DNA from: a virus
Direction: 5' to 3' (one strand)
DNA: 64,000 nt
IMG/VR virus record: IMGVR_UViG_3300043442_000189
Position 1 is the stretch's first letter. Every line of letters starts with the position of its first letter. Below the pieces are notes generated by a model. It was not told the origin of the DNA, made no database searches, and was given only the letters and a program-made list of their open reading frames with translations. This document shows positions 50,255 through 59,849 of this stretch, piece after piece. Made by a program: the position numbers and the translations under genes.

Positions 50255-50906
50255 TAAGGAGTCTTAGGATTTCATTTAATGACTCATGCCTATGATTATC
50301 ATGTAGGATGATTTTATTTACCCAATCAGATTTATCAAGCTTTGCTATATCGTGAATCGCTGAATCATTTTTAAACTTTAAATCTATTTGCTGAGAGTCC
50401 CCTGTGAAAATCATTGTAGCATTTTTACCCAGACGTCCTATACACATTTGTAATTGAGCTTTAGTTAAGTTCTGAAACTCATCTATGATGCATACACAAT
50501 CTTCAAAAGTCCTTCCTCTAAAGTGCGTAAGGGATACTAACTCTAAAGATTCATTTTCTTCAAGCTTTGTAAGTATCTCAGGTTTATTATACACTTTACG
50601 AATGTTAGATTTAATAGGGACTAACCAAGGTTCCATTTTTTCTTTTTCAGAACCGGGTAAGAAACCATTGTCTTCAGTAGACACAGTGGGTCTTGTGATA
50701 ACAATCTTATTTACCTTCCGTTTAAATAGCATATCTAATGCTATCTGTACAGCTAATAAGGTTTTACCAGAACCAGCTTGACCAATTAGAAAGTTAAATG
50801 GTCTTTGTAAGATAAGTTCCTTAGCACGTTTTTGCTCTTCTGAAAGAGTTAATGAAAACTTGATGTCACCTTTAGGTGGATCTTTCTCAATGTTTTGCTT
50901 TGCCAT
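50244..50906 (-). CDS. phoH: PhoH-family ATPase
   Basis: Walker A GQAGSGKT, ITRP, GFLPG, RGRTF, IIDEFQN, GDSQQID, RH. Confidence 0.92.
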   Translation of the reverse strand: MAKQNIEKDPPKGDIKFSLTLSEEQKRAKELILQRPFNFLIGQAGSGKTLLAVQIALDMLFKRKVNKIVITRPTVSTEDNGFLPGSEKEKMEPWLVPIKSNIRKVYNKPEILTKLEENESLELVSLTHFRGRTFEDCVCIIDEFQNLTKAQLQMCIGRLGKNATMIFTGDSQQIDLKFKNDSAIHDIAKLDKSDWVNKIILHDNHRHESLNEILRLLNEY

Positions 50907-51063
50907 CTTCTATCCTTTTTATCAAAGATACAACATCTTTATGACTTGTAGGTAAAGAAGCGTCATTCATAAATTCAGCAACCTTGTCTCTAGGTATTGC
51001 TAACCATTCTTTTCTATACTCAGCATAGTATAAAAAGAACTCTGATAAATTACATTTGGTCAT
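50887..51063 (-). CDS. Hypothetical protein, 58 aa (start corrected to ATG at 51063)
   Basis: MTKCNLSEFFLYYAEYRKEWLAIPRD...; the longer track version overlaps the upstream gene by about 150 nt. Confidence 0.55.
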   Translation of the reverse strand: MTKCNLSEFFLYYAEYRKEWLAIPRDKVAEFMNDASLPTSHKDVVSLIKRIEDGKAKH

Positions 51064-51568
51064 ATGCGAGTCCTTGTCCACCTCTAACGTGGCTTGTTTG
51101 TTCATCTTGTAAATCTTTGTATGCTCCTTTATAACTCTCTCTGATTTGTTGGAACTTGGACGCAGCCGAGACCAACGCTGTAATATTTCCATCTCTTCCA
51201 TGTGTTATAGGTGTTTTATCCATATAGTCAGCTAGTTTATCTAGCATTTTCTTAATACCATTGTACGCGCGCGATGTTGGTGTTTCATATAACTTCCTAC
51301 AGAAATGTAAAGCTGCAGGAATACCATCATCTTCTGGACTAAAATCAGCAGCTATTTCTGATAACACAACCTCTTCTTTATCTTCTTCCATCATATAAAA
51401 GAATGGATTAAGATCTGGATTAGGACATGTCATATAAAATAAGTACTGATAAATCTTCAAGTAACTATCAGGATATTTATCCATTAAGTTCTTTAATGTC
51501 TCTAGGGTGTAGCAGTGTTCCGTTGGAACAACTACACCATTCTGTATGTCAAATAATTTAATTGTCAT
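51050..51568 (-). CDS. Conserved hypothetical protein upstream of terminase (possible packaging accessory/small terminase-like)
   Basis: 172 aa, helical, C-terminal VRGGQGLAYD; synteny only. Confidence 0.5.
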   Translation of the reverse strand: MTIKLFDIQNGVVVPTEHCYTLETLKNLMDKYPDSYLKIYQYLFYMTCPNPDLNPFFYMMEEDKEEVVLSEIAADFSPEDDGIPAALHFCRKLYETPTSRAYNGIKKMLDKLADYMDKTPITHGRDGNITALVSAASKFQQIRESYKGAYKDLQDEQTSHVRGGQGLAYDQM

Positions 51569-51942
51569 ATTAATTCTTCTTTGTATAATTCAAAGTCATC
51601 ATCAAAACTCTCATAATCTACCAGTATTTCTTCACCGGGATTAATATCTCTTGCAGCTATCATTTTATCATCTTCATAACCTATTGAATTAGGATTACTA
51701 CTGTGATTTTGAAAGTTAGAATGATCACAAGAGGAGTATAAATAATCTCCTTCTGCCCAAAAATACTTATCTATAAATTTTTTTTGTAAGTCTGATAACA
51801 AATGATATTGATCTTTATGTACTCTTATATCAAAGCCTTCAACAAATTTCCAAATTATGGTATCTTTAGGAATAAAGTTTTTAGCATACAAACCTATTCC
51901 TTTACCTGGTGATTCTGCTAAATATGTTTCTATTAATAGCAT
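51565..51942 (-). CDS. SET-domain protein lysine methyltransferase
   Basis: SPGKGIGLYA (GxG), FQNHSSNPN (NHSxxPN), ARDINPGEEILVDY (ExxxDY): all SET signature motifs present. Confidence 0.88.
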   Translation of the reverse strand: MLLIETYLAESPGKGIGLYAKNFIPKDTIIWKFVEGFDIRVHKDQYHLLSDLQKKFIDKYFWAEGDYLYSSCDHSNFQNHSSNPNSIGYEDDKMIAARDINPGEEILVDYESFDDDFELYKEELI

Positions 51943-52565
51943 TAGTCTATTTTGTTTATTGTGTAATAATAATTACTAGAATCTTCAGACACCCATCTAT
52001 CAGACTGAGCTTCAACAGATTCTATATGCACATCTACTTTAAATGAGGATGGTTCTACAGGAAATTCTTTTGTTACCCAATTAGAGTCTTTCCAGTAAAT
52101 TCTATTATTGGGTTGACATAGTAAATACCCATCATCTGCTACTAGTATATGACCACATTTGTAATCACTTGGCTCATCTGAATAAGGATTTTGATACCAG
52201 TCCACAGTCATGCGGTACGTTGCCCATATTTTACTACCATCTTTTAAGACTACCTGACATCTTTTTTCATAGAGATAATCATAGGTGATAACACTTACAT
52301 TCTCAGAAAAACAATCCCAAAGTTGTTTAAAATGAAACGGTATATCATCAACAGGTTCTTTCATAAATATCTCAGAGATAGGAACTCTTGATCTAAGCAT
52401 ACCATAGTCAGTCATTACATGAAAAGTTAATATCTTTCCTGCTACAGATTGTACTGCAAAAGCATACGCTTTATGGTACACATCGTTATCTTCTTCTTTC
52501 TTTGTAAAGTGTGATGCTCTTACATAACACTTAAAAAGATCTATATTTTCATTAAGAATTGCCAT
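51942..52565 (-). CDS. Conserved phage hypothetical protein
   Basis: 207 aa; QLWDCFS, TVDW and QPNNRI motifs recalled from other phage hypothetical proteins; function unknown. Confidence 0.6.
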   Translation of the reverse strand: MAILNENIDLFKCYVRASHFTKKEEDNDVYHKAYAFAVQSVAGKILTFHVMTDYGMLRSRVPISEIFMKEPVDDIPFHFKQLWDCFSENVSVITYDYLYEKRCQVVLKDGSKIWATYRMTVDWYQNPYSDEPSDYKCGHILVADDGYLLCQPNNRIYWKDSNWVTKEFPVEPSSFKVDVHIESVEAQSDRWVSEDSSNYYYTINKID

Positions 52566-53373
52566 TGTCTCTAAGGTAATTAATTATACTAATAACTTCT
52601 GATTTTAAATAAGGTAGCTCATAAGTTACTACTTTATCTACGACAGGTTCTCCAAACTCATCATAATATACAACTCTATTGTCATAAGCGTCTTTACCCG
52701 CTTCTTTAAACTGTATGTGTTCTATTATAAGTTTACCGGGTTTGAGTTTAGGATTATGCTTTAGAATCATATACATATACAAACTAAGCTGAATATTGTA
52801 ATGATTCAAATTACAATCATCTAAATGACTAAGTGGATCTAGCATTTTATCTGAGATACCTTCCCAGTTAATGTAAGACTCTACTTTGATTTCTTTATTG
52901 GTTTTGTAATCATATACGTTTACAAATCCATTAATTACCTCCACTCTATCTGCTTGACCACATATACCAGCAGACTTAAGATATACCAGATGCTCAGGGT
53001 AAATACCATCAGCAAGCTTTTGTTCCGGAGCTTTTTTAAATCCATCTTCTTCTATAGGTTTTATTATAGGTACAATGATGTCTTCGCGACTTATTGAATC
53101 ACATGAAAGTAAATCTTTTTCACGTTGGTTATGGTACCATGTACCAAGATTCATTGCTTTCTGTGATTCGTTTTTCCAAGCTTCTTTGATTTCTTCTGGG
53201 GTCATACCATACCATTTGCTCTTCTTGTTTTTAGAAGATTTTATAGCAATAGCTTCCGCATCAAAAGGTTTCTTAAACTTGGATATGACACTGGTTACGC
53301 TTGTCCATATGATGTTCTCACTAGGATCAATACTTACGTAACTATGTGTTTCTGGTTTAAATATTAGTGCCAT
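52552..53373 (-). CDS. PD-(D/E)XK (Cas4-like/RecB-like) exonuclease
   Basis: SVTSVIS, GTWYH, ICGQADRV..VYDYKT, YNIQLSLY. Confidence 0.8.
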   Translation of the reverse strand: MALIFKPETHSYVSIDPSENIIWTSVTSVISKFKKPFDAEAIAIKSSKNKKSKWYGMTPEEIKEAWKNESQKAMNLGTWYHNQREKDLLSCDSISREDIIVPIIKPIEEDGFKKAPEQKLADGIYPEHLVYLKSAGICGQADRVEVINGFVNVYDYKTNKEIKVESYINWEGISDKMLDPLSHLDDCNLNHYNIQLSLYMYMILKHNPKLKPGKLIIEHIQFKEAGKDAYDNRVVYYDEFGEPVVDKVVTYELPYLKSEVISIINYLRDNGNS

Positions 53374-53677
53374 CTATGTATGCGTTTAATTTATCTTCGT
53401 CTTCTTCAGACATTATAGCATCCCAGTATCCTTCTGGACAGAATGATGACATACTGTGTACTTTATAATCTAAAGAGCATCCGCAGCTACCACAACAAGG
53501 TTGAGTACCGGGTACTAAACAGCTTTTACCAACTATATCAAATAGAGGACAATTTCTACAGATAGTCATTCTATAGCCTGCTATCTTCTTGTGTTTCTTC
53601 TTAGTAAAGTAATATCCTATTACCCCTTCTAGAATCAACCACTTATTCTTCCAGATTGTTTTGATCTTTTGTATCAT
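53357..53677 (-). CDS. Zinc-binding protein (CxxC..CxxCGC..CP)
   Basis: RMTICRNCP..CCGSCGCSL..K..CPEGYW. Confidence 0.65.
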   Translation of the reverse strand: MIQKIKTIWKNKWLILEGVIGYYFTKKKHKKIAGYRMTICRNCPLFDIVGKSCLVPGTQPCCGSCGCSLDYKVHSMSSFCPEGYWDAIMSEEDEDKLNAYIDGTNI

Positions 53678-54032
53678 TTAGTAATGCTTGTTTAAATCTG
53701 TTTCTTCTATGAACCAGTTCATGACTTTTGCTTTGTAATTCTTTATACGCAGCGAGTCTTTTTTCTAAGTCTGTATATTTTGCAATACCTGTATAATCTT
53801 TCTTATTTAAACTAGCTATTGCTTGATAAGTTTTAGCAATCTTTCCCGCTAACTTCTTTCTATTTATAGCAAACTCACCTAGACCTACTAAAAAAAGAAG
53901 AGGGTGTTCCTTATTAACCATTAACTTTCTGGTATAAGACCAATAGAATGAAAGAATCTCCTCAACGTCTTCAGCATTGTCTACTTCAGAACAATAGTCT
54001 TTTATTAACTGATTAACTGTTTTCGCTTTCAA
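53643..54032 (-). CDS. HU/IHF-like DNA-binding protein (TTG start)
   Basis: LIKDY..EEILSFYW..LFLVGLGEFAI resembles the HU/IHF N-terminal helices and first strand. Confidence 0.5.
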   Translation of the reverse strand: MKAKTVNQLIKDYCSEVDNAEDVEEILSFYWSYTRKLMVNKEHPLLFLVGLGEFAINRKKLAGKIAKTYQAIASLNKKDYTGIAKYTDLEKRLAAYKELQSKSHELVHRRNRFKQALLNDTKDQNNLEE

Positions 54033-54384
54033 CTCTTACAAATTTATAGTCTAACAAAATATTACCGGTTGTTTGAATCTTTAAGTCCGGATTAAGTTTG
54101 ATTAACTTATTGTAATCACCATTTTTAACGACTAGGTTTTTCTTTTCCGCTTTTGTAATCGCACTTCTAACAGATTGACTGCTACCAAAAATCTTGTTCT
54201 TGGTAGCAGTATCACAAAATTCTGTTAAAGGTTGTTCACCACCTAATGCTAAAAAGGTTAAGCAATTCAAATCTAAATCCGATACATTCATCTGTTTCAA
54301 TGTACAATGCGTTGCAATCTGAAAACGTACAATATTCCAGAGATCCATTCTTACAGTTTTACGTACCTGATTTACCTTTGCCAT
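54013..54384 (-). CDS. Winged helix-turn-helix DNA-binding protein
   Basis: SDLDLNCLTFL..SSQSVRSAITKAEKKNLVVK, MarR-like pattern; ATG at 54384 overlaps the upstream TGA. Confidence 0.55.
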   Translation of the reverse strand: MAKVNQVRKTVRMDLWNIVRFQIATHCTLKQMNVSDLDLNCLTFLALGGEQPLTEFCDTATKNKIFGSSQSVRSAITKAEKKNLVVKNGDYNKLIKLNPDLKIQTTGNILLDYKFVRVESENS

Positions 54385-54611
54385 CACTTCTCTTTTTTAG
54401 GTTCTTCATCAGTTTGTTCAGGAGCTGGTGCATAGATATTTGCAAGCTTCTGTTGTATCAATGCTCTACGTAAACGCTGTTCATCAATATCAGAGATTAA
54501 AGTCTCATATTCTTTTTGAACTTTTAGGAACTCCATTTCTTTTTGAAAGTGTTCCATCATCTCAGCTTTTCTAGCTTCGTACTCTTCTGGAGTAACTTCA
54601 TGTTGACTCAT
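54384..54611 (-). CDS. Small coiled-coil hypothetical protein
   Basis: 75 aa, charged helix; first gene after the host-type promoter. Confidence 0.6.
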   Translation of the reverse strand: MSQHEVTPEEYEARKAEMMEHFQKEMEFLKVQKEYETLISDIDEQRLRRALIQQKLANIYAPAPEQTDEEPKKEK

Positions 54612-54638
54612 ATACTGTTGGTTTTTAAAAGTTTAAAG

Positions 54639-54669
54639 CAAAGATATAATAAAAGTTTAAATTTCCAAA
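54639..54669 (-). promoter_or_regulatory. Bacteroidota housekeeping-sigma promoter (-33 TTTG / -7 TAnnTTTG)
   Basis: Minus strand TTTG (54669-54666), 19-nt spacer, TATCTTTG (54646-54639): matches the established Bacteroidetes consensus. Confidence 0.75.
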
Positions 54670-54673
54670 CATT

Positions 54674-54696
54674 AAAAAACCCAGACTAGCCGGGTT
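54674..54696 (-). terminator. Rho-independent terminator
   Basis: Minus strand AACCCGG-CTAGT-CTGGGTT-TTTT. Confidence 0.7.
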
Positions 54697-54717
54697 ACTT
54701 TAATATATGTTTGAAGA

Positions 54718-55032
54718 TTAATCCTCTTTCTTAGCTTTAATGTATCCTGTAAGCTCAGCAAGACTGGTACTTATCGTATTCATATGCTGATTAAGAGTGT
54801 CTATTTTAACAGAAAGTTTTTCGTGATCAGACTTCTGTTCATCTTTAATTTCTGACATACGCTTATATATTATAGTTTCTTTGTGTAGCATCTGAGTATC
54901 TATTTCTTTGATTTTAGTAACTGCTTTTTCTACGTCTTTCTTTAAAGCAAAATAAGCACCTAACACTGAAACAGCTAGTAAGATTATACCTATAACATCC
55001 TTTGCTGTAAATACTAAGTTTTCAGCTTCCAT
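54718..55032 (-). CDS. Single-pass membrane protein with coiled coil (holin-like)
   Basis: VIGIILLAVSVLGAYFAL hydrophobic helix followed by heptads; last gene of the fibre operon. Confidence 0.45.
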   Translation of the reverse strand: MEAENLVFTAKDVIGIILLAVSVLGAYFALKKDVEKAVTKIKEIDTQMLHKETIIYKRMSEIKDEQKSDHEKLSVKIDTLNQHMNTISTSLAELTGYIKAKKED

Positions 55033-55481
55033 TATACTATTTTATATAATCTTATTTCAAAAGGAAATCCTATATCTTTACTTTGTCCTATACCTCTAGA
55101 ATCTGGAGTAAAAGCACTTGAAGCATTTTCAGAAAAATATTGCAGTATAAGATTTTGAGTACTTAATGGATCTGGTATACATGCTACCACACAACTTGGA
55201 TGCATGGAAGTTCCGTTAAATACCTGAAATGTTTTTTTACTATAGGGTGATGTTTCAGCAAAAGCATGTATTACAACAAGTTCTACAAATCCATCATTTA
55301 CGGTACCTGGTACTACTGATAAACCTGTCTCATTAATAGTTTCTGATATATCTAGGGACCATGCTCCATCAAATTGAGGTGTGAAAAAACCACTTATGGT
55401 GTCATAAGGTTTACTACCTATATTTTCATAAATACCCTTTAAGAGTTCAATTGTATATCTTTCAAACTGAGGATCTGTCAT
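55032..55481 (-). CDS. Putative fibre/decoration protein with N-terminal anchor helix
   Basis: N-terminus FERYTIELLKGIY; small beta-rich C-terminal domain. Confidence 0.5.
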   Translation of the reverse strand: MTDPQFERYTIELLKGIYENIGSKPYDTISGFFTPQFDGAWSLDISETINETGLSVVPGTVNDGFVELVVIHAFAETSPYSKKTFQVFNGTSMHPSCVVACIPDPLSTQNLILQYFSENASSAFTPDSRGIGQSKDIGFPFEIRLYKIV

Positions 55482-55483
55482 AA

Positions 55484-55552
55484 CTATTGTTTTACCTTAT
55501 TATAGATTCCTTTTAGTAGCTCTATCATGTATTTCTTGAATGCTTCGCTCAT
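55484..55552 (-). CDS. 22-aa micro-protein MSEAFKKYMIELLKGIYNKVKQ (not in track)
   Basis: Fills the intergenic gap; shares IELLKGIY with the next gene's N-terminus; follows a GTATATTATA motif. Confidence 0.65.
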   Translation of the reverse strand: MSEAFKKYMIELLKGIYNKVKQ

Positions 55553-55554
55553 AC

Positions 55555-55564
55555 TATAATATAC
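55555..55564 (-). promoter_or_regulatory. Putative phage late promoter GTATATTATA
   Basis: Intergenic copy of the repeated motif preceded by AATTTTTT. Confidence 0.55.
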
Positions 55565-55570
55565 AAAAAA

Positions 55571-55771
55571 TTAAGGCTCTATAAAAATTAAATATGCTGT
55601 ATCAGGATTTGCAACAAGTAGATCTATAAAAAGATTTATACCCTTACTGTTTAAAGCGTTCACAAATTCTTCATTCGAATTTTCCCACGCGAAACAAATA
55701 GTACCCCACTTTGTATCGCTATTAATTGCAAGATGCGTTACATTATCTTCTTGAATTATTGAATATGTCAT
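55571..55771 (-). CDS. Small hypothetical protein (possible fibre chaperone)
   Basis: 66 aa, coupled (ATGA) to the fibre gene upstream. Confidence 0.5.
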   Translation of the reverse strand: MTYSIIQEDNVTHLAINSDTKWGTICFAWENSNEEFVNALNSKGINLFIDLLVANPDTAYLIFIEP

Positions 55772-57291
55772 GCAGTTATAGTAAATGATAATCCATTAAA
55801 TGCGCCACCGCTACCTGTTGCATTATTCACCCTTCTTATCGATAATTTATCACCTGCAACAAAAGTAACTGGATTGGTAGTATTTGAATAGGGTGTAGCA
55901 GTTGGAGCAGCTCCTGCTGCTATTGTAATAACAAGTGCAGTATCAACAGCATTTTTTCTAACAGTTATGACTTGTGAACCACTCGCTGGTTGAGTTAGTG
56001 TATAATGCATCAAATACATATTTGTTAATGTCATTGCATGAGGTATAATAACCGTTGATGTTTGTTCATTACTACCTGCTGTCATACCCACCCCTATCCA
56101 TGTAGTAGTACTTGCCGCTATAACAGCAGCCGTTTGAAAATTCCAAATTTGATTTGTTAATCCACTACCTCCCGAATACTGAGGGATATTTAACGTATTA
56201 CCCACCAAAGTAGCAGCTCCGCTTGATCCGGTAGTAGTTAAGGTTAATTGCTCTTGAGGAGTATATCCTAGTATGGTAGCAATAGATGCTGTTTTCCACT
56301 GAGCAGGACTTACTGTATTATCGTAATAAAGAGTATCTTTTAAACTAGGACTTTGAGCTTGCACATTATGTAACTCATCTAATTCATAACCATTCTGCAC
56401 CCTTACATAAAGTCTACCTGCGTTACCGTTACTAGCTGTAGTTACATAACCTAAATATACAAGATGATTAGGAGCATAAGGTTTTGTTTTAGTAATTGAT
56501 CCTGCTGTTGCTCCTAAATATACAGGATCGCTATCTGCCCATGTTGAAGTGGGTAGTATATTTAATCCTGTTAAAAGACCTTGCATAATAATAATACCTT
56601 GTTGACCAGCTGCTATAGATGAAGAAAATACTAAACCTATAGTCTGAGCAGATGTAGAATCTCCTGTATTATATGCTAGTTTTACTTTTAATCTATCACC
56701 CACACCACCAGATGCATATACAGGTTGTCCCTTAGTAATAGTTACAGTATCATCATTAGTTACGTAACTAAGTAATGTATTAGGAGATGTACCTATACAT
56801 TGAAAACTTGGTGTTGTAGAGTTATATACACAAAGCATTTCTGCTCCATCTAGTATATCTCCGGGAACTATAGGTCCGTCATTGTTACGATATAATGTAA
56901 TAGCACCTAAACCATTAATATTAAGAGTTGCTCCTGTAGTATTACCATTCGTAAATCTAATAAGATAAGCATCACCATCATTATACGCAGTAACTCCTGA
57001 TACCGTAGCTGTGTATGTGTCAGTTCCTGAAGCTGTAGTTTTGGGTATACCTTCGATTATAGTTAAATCACCAGATCCTAATACACTATTACTATTAATA
57101 GTCTTGATATTAGTACCAGAAACAAGAGTATCTTGTTTTGCATTTAACGCACTTTGTAAGTCTCCTTGACTAGATAATGTTCCAGTAATAGTTCCCCAGA
57201 CTGTTGCGCCCGGGGGTGAACTAACGATCAAATCATAAATAGTTTGAAGCTTTCTTAGTACTAATATTTGAAAACCTAAAAAAGGAATCAT
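55768..57291 (-). CDS. Tail/head fibre protein
   Basis: WGTITGTLSSQGDLQSALNAKQDTLVSGTNIKTIN; TASGTDTYT..LNINGLGA; KGQPVY..IGLV modules common in phage fibres. Confidence 0.7.
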   Translation of the reverse strand: MIPFLGFQILVLRKLQTIYDLIVSSPPGATVWGTITGTLSSQGDLQSALNAKQDTLVSGTNIKTINSNSVLGSGDLTIIEGIPKTTASGTDTYTATVSGVTAYNDGDAYLIRFTNGNTTGATLNINGLGAITLYRNNDGPIVPGDILDGAEMLCVYNSTTPSFQCIGTSPNTLLSYVTNDDTVTITKGQPVYASGGVGDRLKVKLAYNTGDSTSAQTIGLVFSSSIAAGQQGIIIMQGLLTGLNILPTSTWADSDPVYLGATAGSITKTKPYAPNHLVYLGYVTTASNGNAGRLYVRVQNGYELDELHNVQAQSPSLKDTLYYDNTVSPAQWKTASIATILGYTPQEQLTLTTTGSSGAATLVGNTLNIPQYSGGSGLTNQIWNFQTAAVIAASTTTWIGVGMTAGSNEQTSTVIIPHAMTLTNMYLMHYTLTQPASGSQVITVRKNAVDTALVITIAAGAAPTATPYSNTTNPVTFVAGDKLSIRRVNNATGSGGAFNGLSFTITA

Positions 57292-57356
57292 GGTGTTAAT
57301 GCTGCTATAATCTTATCTAGCAAATTTAATACTTTATTTTGAAAGTTTTGAATCAT
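57288..57356 (-). CDS. 22-aa micro-protein [22 protein letters not shown] (not in track)
   Basis: Start overlaps the upstream stop (TAATG) and stop overlaps the downstream start (ATGA); resembles the N-terminus of the next gene. Confidence 0.7.
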   Translation of the reverse strand: MIQNFQNKVLNLLDKIIAALTP

Positions 57357-59845
57357 TAGTAGCATCTATTTACATAACAGTTATAAGAACTTGTTGCCAA
57401 ATCATTATACAAATCTGCAGGGGGTTCGTAGACTAATCTATCACTAGGTGCATAATTAAAATACCTAGTAAACGCGGAGTATCCTTTTATACTAACCATT
57501 TCTCCTGCTATACTAGTAGTTGGAGCTGCCAATTGATTACCACAAGAAGGATATATAATTTTACCTATAGATTGACTAATTCCAAAAGTCGAACCTCCTG
57601 TTAATAGATTGGATGAATAAGAATTTGCAAAAAATGAACTTGTACCTATCCAACCTGGTATTATTGAATTGTTTTTATTAAAATTACCTGCATAACCACC
57701 ACTTGTAGCTTTTGGATTATTTGGATCGGCAGGATTTGTTATAGGATAGTCACTACCTGTAAACGTAAATGGTGATGATGATGATGTAGCGAGAGTCATT
57801 CCAAATATTAAACCATTAGGTACTATAGTTGGTGCAGGGTTAACATTCGGCCATGATCCTTGAACTCCTACTGTTAAAGATGGTCCGTATGGATAAATTG
57901 TATCTGTTGTTGTATCAATAATATAAGGTCTAAATAAACTATTTGGTATATTAGAACCAGTACCAGAAAAACCAGGATACATTATGATTTTTACATTATC
58001 CAACATCTGTTGAGTAGGACTTACTTTTATCAAGTCATTCACCTGAAAATTCTGCTGAAGAACATTACCTGCTGTAGTATCTTTTGCTACAAAAGTATTA
58101 TTAATTTTATCCACACTCTCTACAATCACACTTGAAGGATTTGTAAATGATCCTTGTCCTGAATAAACAGTAACGGTCATTCCGGTATAAATGTAATTAG
58201 AATCTGAAACTTTTATTGTGACTGTAGCACCCGACGTGTATGAAGTTGCTTCTGTTACTTTTGCAATATATTCACTAATAGGTTTTTCAATCATTGCTGT
58301 TCTAAAACCAGTAACAGCTGTATAGTCTGCAATATTCGATCTTAGCGCCAAACTATTTTTTGAATATATAACATTAGCATCTCCTAAACTCCATTTAGAA
58401 GGGTCTAGTATAAATACCCATCTAGACATACCAAATAGATATATTTTACCATTTGGATGTAAAATACCAGAATGAATATATGATAAAAATTGTCCTCGTA
58501 AACGTGTCCACCAAAATGTAGCATTTGTTGTAGGATAGGGTGCTACTTTACTTAAAGGTGAACCTGTATCATCAGTAGGAGTAAAAAATCTAGACGTGGA
58601 TGTAGCCGCCACACCGTTTATAAAAGTAGCTGTTATACCGTTATAAAAACCATGCATCTCCCATCTATCAGTGGATGAGGGATTTATTGATGTATTTCTA
58701 GGTGCGATTCTTACTAATATACCTCCAGCAACACCTGAAGTAGCTGCACCAGGCATGCAATATAGATACCCATCTTTTGCTAATACAGGAGCTCTTAAAT
58801 TACGAGCTACTACAAGAGGTTGTTGTGTAGTAGGATTTATCGCTGGTGAAAATTTAGTAGCAGCAATACTTGCAAATGTTTCTGTTTCCCAAGTACATGT
58901 TGGAAACTCCCCTCCTGATATTGTAGTTGCTACTGTAACATTATTAGGTACAGCTGAGTCTAATCTATAAGTTCCTACACCACCTGTACCTGTTGTTGCT
59001 AACGATGATGTTGTTATAGCTGTAGAAGCTACTGTTTGTGGAGTACTAACAATATATGTACCCGTTCCCCCAATACCAGTACCTAAAGCTGTAATTGTTG
59101 TTCCTGGAGTAATACCGGATCCTGATATTGTTGCGCCAACAAAAATTGTACCTGAAGCAACTGCTGAAACATTTAATGTAGTTCCTGAAATAGAACCTGT
59201 AAATGATGCTGTACCAGGATCTACAAATACTATAGTTCTAGTAACAGTATTACTTGTTACAGGATCTGTAAACGATATAGTTTGTCCTATACCATATGTT
59301 CCTGATGCAACAGATGTCATAGTTAAAACTCTATTAGATATTGTACCTTGTCCTGATGCTGTTGTTAAACCAGTAGAATATCCTGCATTAGGATTAAATA
59401 CCACTAATGAACTACCTGCAGGATTAGCTTCTGGAAATAAATACATTAAACCATTAGGTGCTAAAACAGGTCTTGCGTCAAATGCCTTATAAGATCTTTG
59501 ACAACCTGCTTGAGCACTATTTGTACCAGGAGCAGGATCAATCCATCCCGGTAGAGTAGGTCTATTTAAACTAGCATTTGTATATACAGTAAACCATTTA
59601 GTTTTTTCATTAGGTTTTCCTAATTTACCAACCACAACATAATCTTTAGCTTGATTATTGCAACCAAATAAATATACTAAACCATTAGGTGCAGTGACTG
59701 GTACAGACCATTGCTCAGTTCCCAGACCTGTTAATGCTGGAAAAGTTGTTGCGCCAACAGCTGATCCAGATGGTAATAAGAAAGGACTATATGATGCTAA
59801 ATATTGTGCCCAAATACCCGCTTGGGTTGCTGCAGTTGCTATCAT
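57356..59845 (-). CDS. Receptor-binding/fibre protein (beta-propeller-like repeats + GTGGxGTY beta modules)
   Basis: Repeated [11 protein letters not shown] / [11 protein letters not shown] / [11 protein letters not shown] blades; Thr/Gly-rich inserted modules. Confidence 0.6.
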   Translation of the reverse strand: MIATAATQAGIWAQYLASYSPFLLPSGSAVGATTFPALTGLGTEQWSVPVTAPNGLVYLFGCNNQAKDYVVVGKLGKPNEKTKWFTVYTNASLNRPTLPGWIDPAPGTNSAQAGCQRSYKAFDARPVLAPNGLMYLFPEANPAGSSLVVFNPNAGYSTGLTTASGQGTISNRVLTMTSVASGTYGIGQTISFTDPVTSNTVTRTIVFVDPGTASFTGSISGTTLNVSAVASGTIFVGATISGSGITPGTTITALGTGIGGTGTYIVSTPQTVASTAITTSSLATTGTGGVGTYRLDSAVPNNVTVATTISGGEFPTCTWETETFASIAATKFSPAINPTTQQPLVVARNLRAPVLAKDGYLYCMPGAATSGVAGGILVRIAPRNTSINPSSTDRWEMHGFYNGITATFINGVAATSTSRFFTPTDDTGSPLSKVAPYPTTNATFWWTRLRGQFLSYIHSGILHPNGKIYLFGMSRWVFILDPSKWSLGDANVIYSKNSLALRSNIADYTAVTGFRTAMIEKPISEYIAKVTEATSYTSGATVTIKVSDSNYIYTGMTVTVYSGQGSFTNPSSVIVESVDKINNTFVAKDTTAGNVLQQNFQVNDLIKVSPTQQMLDNVKIIMYPGFSGTGSNIPNSLFRPYIIDTTTDTIYPYGPSLTVGVQGSWPNVNPAPTIVPNGLIFGMTLATSSSSPFTFTGSDYPITNPADPNNPKATSGGYAGNFNKNNSIIPGWIGTSSFFANSYSSNLLTGGSTFGISQSIGKIIYPSCGNQLAAPTTSIAGEMVSIKGYSAFTRYFNYAPSDRLVYEPPADLYNDLATSSYNCYVNRCY

Positions 59846-59849
59846 AATC

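Noticed and set aside
52552-53373. Cas4-like nuclease as evidence of a CRISPR system
   Set aside because: No repeat-spacer array or other cas genes seen; stand-alone PD-(D/E)XK nucleases are common in phages
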